Source: Anthoceros angustus
Taxonomy: Eukaryota; Plantae; Anthocerotophyta
Assembly: GCA_010909165.1 (NCBI GenBank)
Contig: MU008168.1
Location: 1,488,001 to 1,552,000 of the forward strand
Direction: 5' to 3'
Length of the DNA: 64,000 bases
Shown here one piece after another: positions 25,801 through 36,890 of this stretch. Positions within the stretch are counted from its first letter, which is position 1, and each line of letters begins with the position of its first letter. The notes under the pieces were generated by a model. It did no database searches and had not been told where the DNA came from. It saw nothing but the letters and a program-made list of their open reading frames with translations. The position numbers were made by a program, and so were the translations under genes.

Positions 25801-28800
25801 GAGGAGCACCATGCGCCCGGTGGCTTCCACCTCCGGCCTTCGCCATCCCAAGCATGCATTCTGTGAGCATACCGTCCATGACGGTAGCTGTGACCCGTGT
25901 TTCCTCCACGGCCGCCGCTGTGAGGCTCCCACAAAGTCCGCTATGGAGCCAGATCTCACGGTCCGTCAAGGACCTCCATACCGCAGCCCGAGCAAGTCCG
26001 GACTGGGTTCTCGGACCCAATCAGACCCTTAGGTCCCGAGGCCGAGCTCCGAGCTTCCTCCTTGGCCCTTTTGGTCATGAGCCCTTCTCCGCCTTTTTCT
26101 CCCGGGCTCATGGAGGTGATGGAGTCCGGAGCACGCCTTTGCCCCTTCCTCGCCGGGCGATCCGCCGATGCTGGTCCTCCGCCTCCCGGGCCCCTTCGCC
26201 TCCCATCGCTTCCTCCGCTTGCCACCGGCAGGGAAGAGGTACTGCACCGACTGGGGTGCCACAGCCGTGGTCTTGCGCCTCCGGTCTCGGGCTCTCACCG
26301 AGTGATGGCGGGCCGGGCCGGGCCGCCTCCTCACTGGCCGGGCTGCTCGTTGGGGCACCAAGGAGGGAGGGAATTGCTTCCCATACTTCGGGTGGTGAGG
26401 GGTCCGCACGATGGAGTCCGGAATCCTCCCGCCATCCTCCTCCCGAGTCCGTTTGGTTTTTTCGACTGCCTCCTCCTCGCCTTGCCCGCCTCCACTTCCG
26501 GAGGGCCTCCTTTCCGAGCGCCAAGCCTCCTTCCCGAGGAGTTCAAATGCCCCCATACATGGATCGTATGGGGATGCCGATGGCGAGGCTTCGCCCCGAG
26601 CTATGAGCCTGCTAAACCGGCGAAGATAATCCTTCCCGCCCGCCTCTTCCCCGCCGCAACGCTGCAGAACACTAATAGATTATCACCAAGGTGATCCACC
26701 TTGGTGAGTAGGTTCCAGTGGACAATGATCCGGCCACCGCCTTACTCGATCCCAACAGTCGGATATCGCCCAACCACAGGTCCGCTGCCCCTGTGCCTTA
26801 GCATCGCCGCTGTGGCTGGCCTATCTTCCCTTCGCCTTGAGGGGCCCGCACCACCCCTCTTCCTCCTTGGGCGGTTAGGGCCTCAGCCCTTTCCGAGCGC
26901 CAAGCCTCCTTCCCGAGGAGTTCAAATGCCCCACATGGATCGTATGGGGATGATGGCGGGCTTCGCCCCGAGCTATGAGCCTCGCTAAACCGGGCAAGAT
27001 AATCCTTCCTCCGCCTTCTTCCTCCGCAACGCTGCAGAACACTATTAGATTATCACCAAGGTGATCCACCTTGGTGAGTAGGTTCCAGTGATCGGCGATC
27101 CGCCACCGCCTCGACCGTCCAATGTGCCTGACATCGCCCAACCACAGGTCCGCTGCCCCTGTGCCTTAGCATCGCCGTGGTCGGACCTTCCCTTCGCCTT
27201 GAGGGGCTCCGCACCACTCCCCTCTTCCTCCTTGGGGCTAGGCCGCCTCAGACCTCCAAGGTCCATCGCCTTGGGTCCTCCCGAGGTTCTTGGACCGCAC
27301 CTCCTTGTTGACCGCCAAGATCTTCCGCAAACTCCGGACCAGAGTGACACAAATGTCCGCACCATTTGGAACACATCCAAATGCCACTCCCGCACCAATT
27401 CCCCGCCTCGGAGCCGAGCTCCCTTCGCTCGCAACCGGACGAGCAACTGTACTCTTCCTCCAAAGGTTTCCTCCTTCTTCTATTCTTTCCTGAGGTCCTC
27501 CACTTCCTTCTCCAAAGTGCGGGCGATCCCCGTCCGACTCGGCTTCCGCCCTCGCAACCGCGACGCCGAACTCCTTGCACCGCTCTGCTCCTTCTTCAAG
27601 CGGAGCTGAGGCGCTCAAGTCTTGGATTCTCTTGAGAACCCCGCCGCTCCGATGCATCTTGGAGTTGCAACCCAAGGTGTCCTTGTCCTCCGCCTCCTCC
27701 GCCTTTCTACCTCCACTGCACTCGAGGTCCCCACCTCCGGTGCCGGCCTCCGCCTCCTCCTCCTCGCCTTGCCCGCTGCCACTTGCTCGGCCTTCGATTG
27801 GCCGCGGCTCTGGCCGCCTCCACCGGCCCGATCACGCCGATAGTGATCGCGATCGGCCTGCGGCCTCCGCCTCCTGGCCACCTTCACCGAGCCTCCACTT
27901 GGCTCCGCCTCCTCCCGAGGTCCTCCGCCTGCAGAGGTCCTCCGCCTGCAGAGGTCCTCCGCCTCCGCCTCCGCCTGCAGAGGTCCTCCGCCTCGCTTGG
28001 GCCTCCTTGGCTGCTCACTGCCTCCACTGAAGGAATTTGGTCCGGCCTGCGGATGGACCAGACCTCCTCTCGCCTCCCCGCCTCAATCCCGCCGAGCCGC
28101 CTTCCTTCGCCTGGCTCCTCCAACCGCCTCCCGGAGGAGCACCATGCGCCCGGTGGCTTCCACCTCCGGGCCTTCTCGGCCATCCCAAGCATCCTGTGAG
28201 CATACCGCCCATGACGGTAGCTGTGACCCGCCGTGTTTCCACGTCACCGGTGAGGCTCCCAAAGTCCGCTATGGAGCAGATCTCACGGTCCGTCAAGGAC
28301 CTCCATACCGCAGCCCGAGCAAGTCCGGACTGGGTTCTCGGACCCAATCAGACCCTTAGGTCCCGAGGCCGAGCTCCTTGGCCCTTTTGGCGCGAGCTCC
28401 TTCTCGCCTTTTTCTCCCGGGCTCATGGAGGTGATGGAGTCCGGAGCACGCCTTTTGCCCCTTCCTCCGGCGATGGACTGCCGATGCGCCGCCGCTGTCC
28501 TCCGCCTCGGGCGCCCCTTCGCCTCCCATCGCTTCCTCCGCTTGCCACTCAGGGAAGAGGTACTGCACCACTGGTACAGCCGTGGTCTTGCGCTCGCCCC
28601 TCCGCCTCCTCCTCCGCCTCGGGCTCTCACCGAGTGATAGCCGGCGGGCTGGGTCGGGCCGCCTCGGGCTGCTCGTTGGGGCACCAAGGAGGAGGCGGGA
28701 ATTGCTTCCCATACTGGGTGGTGAGGGGTCCGCCTGCAGTATGGAGTCCGGAATCCTCCCATCCTCCTCCCGAGTCCGCTTGGTTTTGTCGACCGCCTCC

Positions 28801-29715
28801 TCCTCCGCCTTGCCCGCCTCCACTTCCGGAGGGCCTCAGCCCTTTCCCGAGCGCCGCTCAAGCCTCCTTCCCGAGGAGTTCAAATGCCCCACATGGATCG
28901 TATGGGGATGCCCAGATGGCGGGCTTCTCCGAGCTGAGCCTCGCTAAACCGGCGAAGATAATCCTTCCCGCCCGCCTTCTTCCCGCCGCAACGCTGCAGA
29001 ACACTAATAGATTATCACCAAGGTGATCCACCTTGGTGAGTAGGTTCCATGATGATCCGGCCACCGCCTCGACCGTCCAACAGTCGGATATCGACCAACC
29101 GTTGGTGGTCCGCGTGCCTTAGCATCGCCGTGGTCGGACCTATCTTCCCTTCGCCTTGAGGGGCTCGCACCACCCCTCTTCCTCCTTGGGCGGTTGTAGG
29201 CCGCCAGACCTCCAAGGTCCATCGCCTTGGGTCCTCCCGAGGTTCTTGGACCGCACCTCCTTGTTGACCGCCAAGATCTTCCGCAAACTCCGGACTGAGT
29301 GACATCCAAGGTCCGCACCATTTGGAACACATCCAAATGCCACTCGCACCACCCCCGCCTCGGAGCCAGAGCCCAAAGTCCGGATAGCGCCGGTCACAAT
29401 GTTGCGCCCACAAGGTTCCATGGCTCCCAAACTTCCGCTGGCTTTTGGGTGCCATCGCCTTCTTCTCCCTTGGTTGCCGCCGCTTGTCAAGACCGGGCAC
29501 GTTGAGCCTCTTCGCTGCCTTCTCCGACCTCAACGGTGAGCCGCGCAAGACGCCCGAGTGTCCCACGAGATACCGCCAGAGAGCCGGATCATGGAGCGCA
29601 AGAGATCGCGAGAATTGTCTCGAGGTCAGAAATAAATGACCTTCTTCCGCGACCACGCCGGAGTAACTACTGGGCGGGAGGGCCTTCCCCGTCTGTGAAT
29701 CGCCGAGGTCCGCAT
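22900..29715 (-). pseudogene. LTR-embedded coiled-coil ORF, 5' LTR copy
   Basis: Same peptide blocks as 2250-11124 (HDPALWRYLVGHSGVL, NLLTKVDHLGDNL, MAEKARRWKPP, EDNKDTLELQ). Confidence 0.5.
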
Positions 29716-30107
29716 GGCTTACTCGCCACGCCGCCACAGACCGCCTTACTCCGCTGCACTGCCACGCCGCTGCAGCAGCGGGCGTGAATACCGCTATAAC
29801 GGCCTCGCAAGGTTACGGCCCGACCCGATGCCCGCCTCCACTGTGGTCGCCCACGTGGCGCCGCCTATCCCACGCCTCCAACTTCTAAGTTACTTCTCGC
29901 ATTTATCCCGCCTCGTCCCGGAGTGGGTCGGACTTACCCCGTCACTGTCGAGGTCTAGGTACGCCTCACTCCGAGTCGAGTATACTCCGAGTGCCTTCCG
30001 AGTGCTAACCGGCTTATTTCCTCCTTTTTCGCCTCATTTTATCCTTCGCTCCCAAAAAACAAAACCCTACCTAATTTCTAACCCCCCAGGGAAGTCCGTA
30101 GTCCACA

Positions 30108-30112
30108 CCTAC
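30108..30112 (+). repeat. Right target-site duplication CCTAC
   Basis: GTAGTCCACA|CCTACcagc; identical to 912-916. Confidence 0.85.
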
Positions 30113-31370
30113 CAGCAAGATGTGTGAGCACACTTGAATTACCACCTGTAGCAGCAACAACTGAGGTGGATATGGAGGTTGCAGGCACGTTTGAAGCAAC
30201 AACAAGAATTGAAGTTGGTGAATTCAAGTTTCAATACATTAACCTGAGTGAGTTCTTCAATATGAAATGTTATTTTCTGAAACATATATTTTTAAATGTT
30301 TACAGCACAAATTTCAAGCTTCAAAACAAAATTAAAAGCTATCGCTCCCAGTAAGAAGCAACTTGCAACACTAGCAACTGCATCTGCCAAAAAAAAAACT
30401 AGAAGCTGCTAGTACTTGGGGTGTCAGTAGTGGTGGCAATAACAATGGCTGAAGGGGTGGTCATAGCGGTAGCAGGAGGCGCCGATGAGATAAATTGAGT
30501 TAGCTACAACTTCTTAGCTCTCTCCCTCCCGCAGCTCGCGTCTCTTATCTTTCTACCTCCCCCGCTGGCACAAGATCACAAATACACACAAACAAGCACT
30601 TAAATACATCTCAGACCGCGTCCTCACTAGGTCCCTGGCCTCGGCCTCGTATGTTGCTCTCAAAACAGTCGCTCGCTCTCAATTAATTTGGCCTGACGCT
30701 GAAATCATCCTTAGGCTCTTGAAACTTTGGATTGGCTCCGGCACTCAACTCAGGATTGGCATAGGCCTCGTATGGCTCAGACACCGTGCTTGCTTGAATC
30801 AAAAACTTGGAAGACACACCATTGACTTTTGAAACGGGGTCCTTAGGTTAGTTTGAGCTAGGGAAAAACTTCTTGTGTAAACCCTTCCACGATTGCTGGA
30901 AGTTGTCCCATAATAACATGCTCATGAAGCAAGGTAATGAACTATTATTATCTATTATTTCTTCTTTAATTATTTTTATGATATATTATTCACTATATAT
31001 AACTTCTAATCATACATACTCATTTATATCTTTTAGAAAATATATTATAATATTATATTTATTCATAATAGATAAATTTTTTTATCAATACTTGTTTTAT
31101 TTAATTCTTCTTTTTTTCTCTTTTTTTCACTTTGTTTCGTTTGATTGTATTATACTTAACGCATGCTACAATTTTAGTTCACAACTTATTGCCTAAAACT
31201 AAAAAAAATGTACTCATTTTTCCATCCATGTGGTATAATAATTTTATCAACTTTCTATTTTTCTTTCTTCGTCTTTGCTTCTCCAATGGAAGTGAAACTT
31301 CCTAGGCATATCTCTTTCGCGTTTGTGATTCTCCTCAACAAATAGCATCGTCATTGGACTCTTCATCAGA

Positions 31371-31540
31371 CTTCGCCCGGACGACGGACTACTCCCTCGG
31401 GCTTCGCCCGGACGACGGACCACTCCCTCGGGCTTCGCCCGGACGACGGACCACTCCCTCGGCCCCGACGGACCATCTCGGCCGCCCGGACGACGGATCA
31501 TCTGCCGGGCCCGGACGACGGACCACCTCGGACTTCGACA
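31371..31540. repeat. 31-bp tandem repeat (CTTCGCCCGGACGACGGACCACTCCCTCGGG), 3 near-perfect units plus degenerate units
   Basis: Units start at 31371, 31402 and 31433. GGACGACGGA cores continue to ~31530. Confidence 0.8.
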
Positions 31541-31699
31541 CTCCGGCCTCCAAAGAGGGTCTAGGATTGCACACTATGCAACCGCCAAAATGGCCTTATT
31601 GGCTAACTCCGCCTATCCCTGCAAAGAAGTGACAACCCAAAACAACCAAATTTAAAACAAGTCACGGTCATGAACACCGTATTGGCACTCCACAAGTAG

Positions 31700-32380
31700 A
31701 GAATTGGATATCACCAACCCCTAGCACATCCATTCCCTGCATGTCACCTTCATGCCCACCATGAGGGCGGAGCTCGAACGTTGGAGGCAGGTGTGGAACA
31801 GGCAAAGGGTGCGCAGGATAAGGGCCATGGACCGGGACATCCCCGGCCATGTCCCTGCAATAACGTTCCAGGAAGAGGCTCGACTACAAGGGTGGGTGCA
31901 GCCACCCGCATATGGGACTGCGGAAGATGATGGCAAGGAGTTCGATGTGGGTGGTCCTCAATATGCACAGAACTTGGCCCCCGAGATGCCACCACGAGGC
32001 ATAATTGAGCTGTTGTCGGGGGTGAGTCCTTAGCTGCAGCCCACATGTTGTTCTGTGTGTAGGTTGCAGCTGTTTTTCGTGATGTAAGGTTCCATCCCTT
32101 CAGTATTGCAGCTGCTGGAAACTCAAACGCGTGTGGCACTACTGTGGGCTGTGTAGGAACTGCATGTCGCGAGGGACAATGCGAAGGGCTTGGAGGGCAT
32201 GGACTTCCTCCCCAATATGTACCACCTGCACCTGATGTTGACGACATTGTGCAGGAGTGCAATATTGTGCAGGGAGTGCAGGCATTGCTCGAGTACCTGC
32301 AGCAGTGGATGCAAGTTGAAGCCACGCCGTGGGCATGGACAAGGATCAGCCTGCTCCGTTATGTGGTGCAGTAGGTCCTT
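31700..32380 (+). pseudogene. Remnant of an integrase-core DNA-transposase-like gene (IS3EU-like C-terminal half)
   Basis: Frame reads LDITNP*HIHSLHVTFMPTMRAELERWRQVWNRQRVRRI...HVP. This resembles the LD..N..H...LH..F.P.I...L..F...WN.H.IR block of that transposase group. It contains an in-frame stop. Confidence 0.4.
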
Positions 32381-32881
32381 TGAACTTTACACTCGTGCAG
32401 GGCAGGCCTTTTTGAGTGCAAGCCTTGTGCGATTGTTTTCATGGAAGCCCTTCTTCTGTTGGTCATTCTGGTACACGCTTGTTTCATGGTACTTAGTGGT
32501 ATATGAAACTGCACACCCATAGGTAGCAGGAAACATTGCAGCCCTTAGCTAGTGGCAAACACTGCAGCCCTACACGCAAGGGCAAACGCACTCAGCCGCG
32601 CAGCAAACACAAACGCTGAGTGCAACGCAAATGCTGAGCGCAACGCAAACGCAACCCCGCACATACGCTACCCAACAGATGCATGATGCAAGGCCGCAGA
32701 AACGCCCATGAAAAGACGCAACCCTAAACCCTAGCCAGAAGTGGGTGAGCGAAAAAATGTTTGTGTATCATTGTCAAAAGATTGTGTGCATCACCATCAA
32801 AAGTTTGTGTGCATCACCGTGAAAAGTTTGTGTGCATCACCGTCAAGATTTGTGTGCATCATCACCCTGACTAGATCGGTA

Positions 32882-33130
32882 CACCGGGGTGCCGTAGCCA
32901 AGACTGATGTGGTCATGCGTGACATAACGAAATAGTTTCGCCGTATGCGGCGGGACTATTTCTTTCTGTCGACAACCCTAAAAATCTCTGAATGGCGCGT
33001 GACCAGATCGGTATTCCATATGAATGGTTAGGTGTTCTAGATGAGTCAATTTATGAGGAGCGAAATATATGAAGAACTTGTAGACATTGATTTTTTATTT
33101 AAGCCACATTGAGACTACGCTACCCCGGTT
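32882..33130. mobile_element. Putative Tc1/mariner-type MITE (~250 bp)
   Basis: Imperfect TIRs CACCGGGGTGCCGTAGCC ... GACTACGCTACCCCGGTT, with TA on both flanks (32880-81 and 33131-32). Internal hairpin aaatagtttcgccgtatgcggcgggactattt. Confidence 0.5.
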
Positions 33131-33665
33131 TAATAAAAGTTGGCTAATTTTATAAATTATATTTGTGTTCTATAGAAAATCAAGGCATACCAAAGAAAGT
33201 ATTTATAAAACTTCGTTTTTTTCGATGAAGGCCCCATGACATTAAACTACATTATATGACATAGCTTCTTGTCGTACTGTTTTAGCAAACCAATGCTTTC
33301 AACCACTCAAACATACTTAAAATATTTGAAGAATAAATTTAATAAATAATTATATATATATTACTGGCTCAAATTGGCAAATCTTTGAGACCATTTTACA
33401 TAGGTAGGCCATCTTGACTCTCCTTTGTTCTCAAGCAGTACCTACCTATGTTGGTGGCAATAGTAGGGCTACTATAGCCTCATAACTCTCAACTCAAAGA
33501 GAAAAGAGCTAGTGGACGCCTAGTTTACCAGGACGGTAAACTAGGACTTGGTATTTTATGTTTGTATGAAAAGGAGGAAGCCAGCGCGCCCAGGTAGACG
33601 GGAGATGGTGCGTCCAGTGAGTCCGATGTGTAGTCGCCCAGCCCGGGTAGAGACGCAGATGGAAT

Positions 33666-34428
33666 TCAGGGGCAGAAGATGACGTTGTAGTTGGTGCCAT
33701 GGCCGCAGGTGAAGGTGGAGGTGGGGTCGTCGTGGCTGTGGCTGTAGGCCGTCGGGCAGGCGGCCTTGAACTCCTGGGTGCCGTCGGTGGGCCCGCTCCC
33801 GGTGCCGTCGGTGTTGATGCAAACCAGGGCCCCCGTGGGCAGGCTGAGCAGCTGGTTGTTGGAGGTGCAAAAGCCGGGGATGTCGGAGATGGTGCAGGAG
33901 GGCGCGCCGCAGCCGCTGTTGATGGGCTGGATCTCGAGCCCGATGGTGTACGCGTTCACGTTGCTGACATCGTAGTAGTCGGTGGGGCTGGAGATGTGGA
34001 ATTCCGCCAGATTGGCCAGGTTCCTGTCGTTGGCGGCGGCAGGGTTCCCCCCCGATGCCACGCACTGCCCGTGCACCGACGCCCACACCGCCGCCGACGG
34101 CCAGCTGCAGGCCGACCCGAAGTCCAGCGTCTGCGTCTGCCCCGCGTTCAGCTGGTACTGGGCGATGGGGTCCGCGGCCGACTGCGCGCATGTGGTCACC
34201 GGGTACGGGCAGTTGTTCACCACGTTCACGTAGCAACCTGATTTGCACCACGTCCAAGGCAGTCCAGTTAGAGCCAGCTACAGATCACCATGTCATGCCA
34301 AAGATCCACAGCATGTATGCATGCACTGCTGGTGCAAGCGTACCGTGCACGTCGATGATGAGGAAGCTGGCAGCCACCAGAGCCGTGATCCAGACAGCCC
34401 GCGCTGCATTGTAGGTGGTGGCAGCCAT
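33666..34428 (-). CDS. Secreted thaumatin-like protein (PR-5 family), 2 exons (34428-34344, 34237-33666)
   Basis: Signal peptide MAATTYNAARAVWITALVAASFLIIDVHG, then a phase-1 GT-AG intron. Thaumatin motifs VVNNCPYPV, LAEF, DYYDVS, FKAACPTAYS..DDPTSTFTC, NYNVIFCP. Confidence 0.92.
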
Positions 34429-36142
34429 CTCGATGTTCAGAACTGATTCAGACCTCAGGCCGGAGGATTGCACGACTGGTGATGAACGGAGGCCTAGGAG
34501 GGAACTCACGAAAGACTGATGAGAGTGTGGCGATGCATCCGCCTTTTGTAGGCCTCTGTCGAATACTTGAGGGAGTGGAGGATATCGGACATTACCCATC
34601 ACTTGCAGTGTCCGTGTCAATCGGCCGGCCTGGAGAAAAACCCTGCAGTACTGAAAGGTTGCAACTCCACCTTCCACCCCACCACCTCAGGGACGTACGT
34701 CCAAGACGCCAAAAGACCAGGATGCCCTCTGGACTGTCGAAGTCGTTAACGGGTCGTTGGGTCGGGGGGGCCGGGTGAGGCCGCATGGACACCCATTCGC
34801 ACGAATTCCTTCTTCCTCACGTTTTCTGCTTTCGAGCTTTGTACCCAGCCAGGCCACACACAGCTGCAACAGGTCACATACTATAGTAGAATTCTAGTAT
34901 TTCAATGCCTCATCAGAAAGACATGGGCCGATTGAATTTCACACCATTGAATCTCATGACCATGTGAACCCCTGGCCAACAAGCAGCCTCGTGTCCTCAG
35001 CCGGTGCGCCATCCAGTATTCAATGCCTCAGAAGTCTCAGAAAGACAGCTCCCAACCCTTGGGTAGGTTGTAGGCAACGCGTCGCAAGAATTCATCCTAA
35101 AGTTTCTGGAAGGGCCGTCGTCTAGACTTGACGTGACTTGCAGTAGTGGAGCCCTAAGGTCTTAAGCTTGCTTCACCCTCACTACAATATTCTTCTGCAA
35201 GCTTTCGTTCTACGGTATGGATACGGATGTGAACCACACGGTGAAGTTTTGCCTGAAGGATGCTGTGCTGTTATGTAACACTCTGGACACTGAAATTTCT
35301 TTTCAGAGCAATTTCCCCCTTCGCTTTGGAGCCTGACCTCCATCTCCCTGACCTTGCCAATCATGCTTGTTAGCACGCGATTACCAACGTCCAACATGAA
35401 GCGGTGGGCGAGATGAGGCGGCAGCTGCGCATCATGGGCGGCATCGGCTGCTGCGGCAGCCTGAGGACCATCGTATCAATCCCGACGTAAAGCGTGGGAT
35501 GTATAGCGTGAGGGACGTGGAGGCAACGGCTCTGCTCCAGGGTTGGAGCACAATCCAGCGCTGGAACGCCTGGTGAAGGGATCCGGACGACGGAAGCCTG
35601 CAAAGCACGTGGTGCGACCCAGTCTTGGACGACGGAGGCCTGCAAAGCTCTTGGTGCGCAAGGGGATGCTGTCGGGGCGCAAAACCTAGCGGGCATCTCA
35701 CCCGTGAGCCTGCGCTGCGACACTCTTGGGGCTGGGGGATAGGAATGGATGATGCGGGAGCTATGGTGATTGCAGACGCTGTGGATGACCGGCACAAGAA
35801 TCCTGAGCAGGCCGCCATGGCTGCTGTTGCCTTCCAGGCTGCGGAAATATGGCCCAGTCGCCCGGTCCTTCCAGACTCAGCCCAAGTCCACGCATGTCCA
35901 GATAGTCCAATCTGCGACCCAGGCAACCGGTACACGCTTCTGTCGTCCCAAATCCTTTGAACCCGAACAAGCTCAGGTTTCCCAGCCCTGGGTTGTGCTC
36001 CTCTTCGTCCCTCACGCTGTACATTATACGCTCTTCCTCGGGATTGAGATAGATGGTCCTGAGGCTGCGGCAGTTGCCCGATGGCGGTCATGATCCGCAA
36101 GCGCAGCTGCCGCCTGGACTCCCCTAACGCTTCACGATCACC

Positions 36143-36218
36143 GTCCATGAAGTAGGTGCCCCAGGAATCCGTAGGAGGAGGTCCATGAAGTAGGTGCGTC
36201 AGGAATCCGTAGGAGGAG
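36143..36218. repeat. 38-bp tandem duplication
   Basis: gtccatgaagtaggtgc(cc/gt)caggaatccgtaggaggag occurs twice, head to tail. Confidence 0.8.
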
Positions 36219-36786
36219 GATCAAGAGCTGACAGGCTCGGCGAGTGGGACTCGAGGCCATGGAGTAGCTCAACCATTGCGGCAAGAAGAACAAGAGTCGG
36301 CTCCGGCTCCGACTCCGGATCAGCCATCGCCCAAACCTTCAAGACAACGTCCTAGCTTAAGCCTCTCCGACCGAGCAAGCCAACAAGTCACTGGGCATTC
36401 AACAGGCAAGCGTAGCACAAGAGAGCGCAAGGCTTTGTGCCCATTTTACATCCAAATCCCTGCATTGCAAACCATGAACCCGGCCGGCCGAGGTCTGGCA
36501 ACGGATACAAGCTTCTTCTTGAATTCGGAGAACCAGCTGACTGTGTCGTGTCTGTAGCCATCCGCGGTAAAGGCACATTGTGGCATCGAATGGGCTTGTA
36601 GATGAGTTGGGAAGCGAGGAAGAACTACGGAACATGTTTCCCCGCCGATTGCTGCGGTAACGGGAGCCATACCTTTTGTATTGCCCATGTAGTGCTGGAC
36701 ACGGAATGTCCTGACATCCAGGCATCCCACTAGTATACCAGGCACTCTTCAAGCCTGCTCTACTTGTACAAGCCTGTAGAGGATAG

Positions 36787-36890
36787 TCCACAATGAGGAT
36801 AGTGAGGCTGTCCACATGCAGTCTCAATCAATGGGCTGTCCACAATGAGGATAGTGAGGCTGTCCACATGCAGTCTCAATCAATGGGCTG
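36787..36890 (+). repeat. 52-bp perfect tandem duplication spanning the NAD synthetase start codon
   Basis: tccacaatgaggatagtgaggctgtccacatgcagtctcaatcaatgggctg at 36787 and 36839. Confidence 0.9.

Larger units (their letters stand above)
917..30107 (-). mobile_element. Full-length (degenerate/stuttered) Ty3/gypsy LTR retrotransposon, non-chromovirus, Athila/Phygy/Selgy-like
   Basis: Starts TGTGGCGCG at 917 and ends GTAGTCCACA at 30107. Identical 5-bp flanks CCTAC at 912-916 and 30108-30112. The same terminal sequences recur at 11498 and 20338/21717, defining two LTRs. Internal order on minus strand is gag-PR-RT-RH-INT (gypsy order). No chromodomain or extra RNase H seen. Confidence 0.9.
20338..30107 (-). 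repeat. 5' LTR (~9.8 kb as assembled; LTR end plus PBS duplicated at 21717)
   Basis: Same termini as 917-11498 (tgtggcgcgactttcac ... gggaagtccgtagtccaca), followed on the minus strand by the PBS. Confidence 0.85.

Noticed and set aside
1217-30127. Hundreds of Pro/Arg/Ser-rich ORFs on the plus strand and in alternate frames
   Set aside because: They are shadow frames of a GC-rich repetitive LTR element. They have low-complexity translations and no recognisable motifs.
30480-30860. Possible second LTR or promoter-like segment right of the insertion
   Set aside because: No termini, TSD or partner copy within the window.
32560-32860. GCAAACGCA and TGTGTGCATCACC short repeats
   Set aside because: Low-complexity degenerate microsatellite-like sequence with no further structure evident.
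33556-34257. 233-aa and 180-aa alternative-frame ORFs over the thaumatin gene
   Set aside because: They are a by-product of high-GC codon usage in the real CDS.
35182-36148. Minus-strand ORFs (238 aa; 71 aa with KFQCPEC)
   Set aside because: No recognisable domain, and no splice structure could be established. It may be a real gene or TE fragment, but this cannot be supported.
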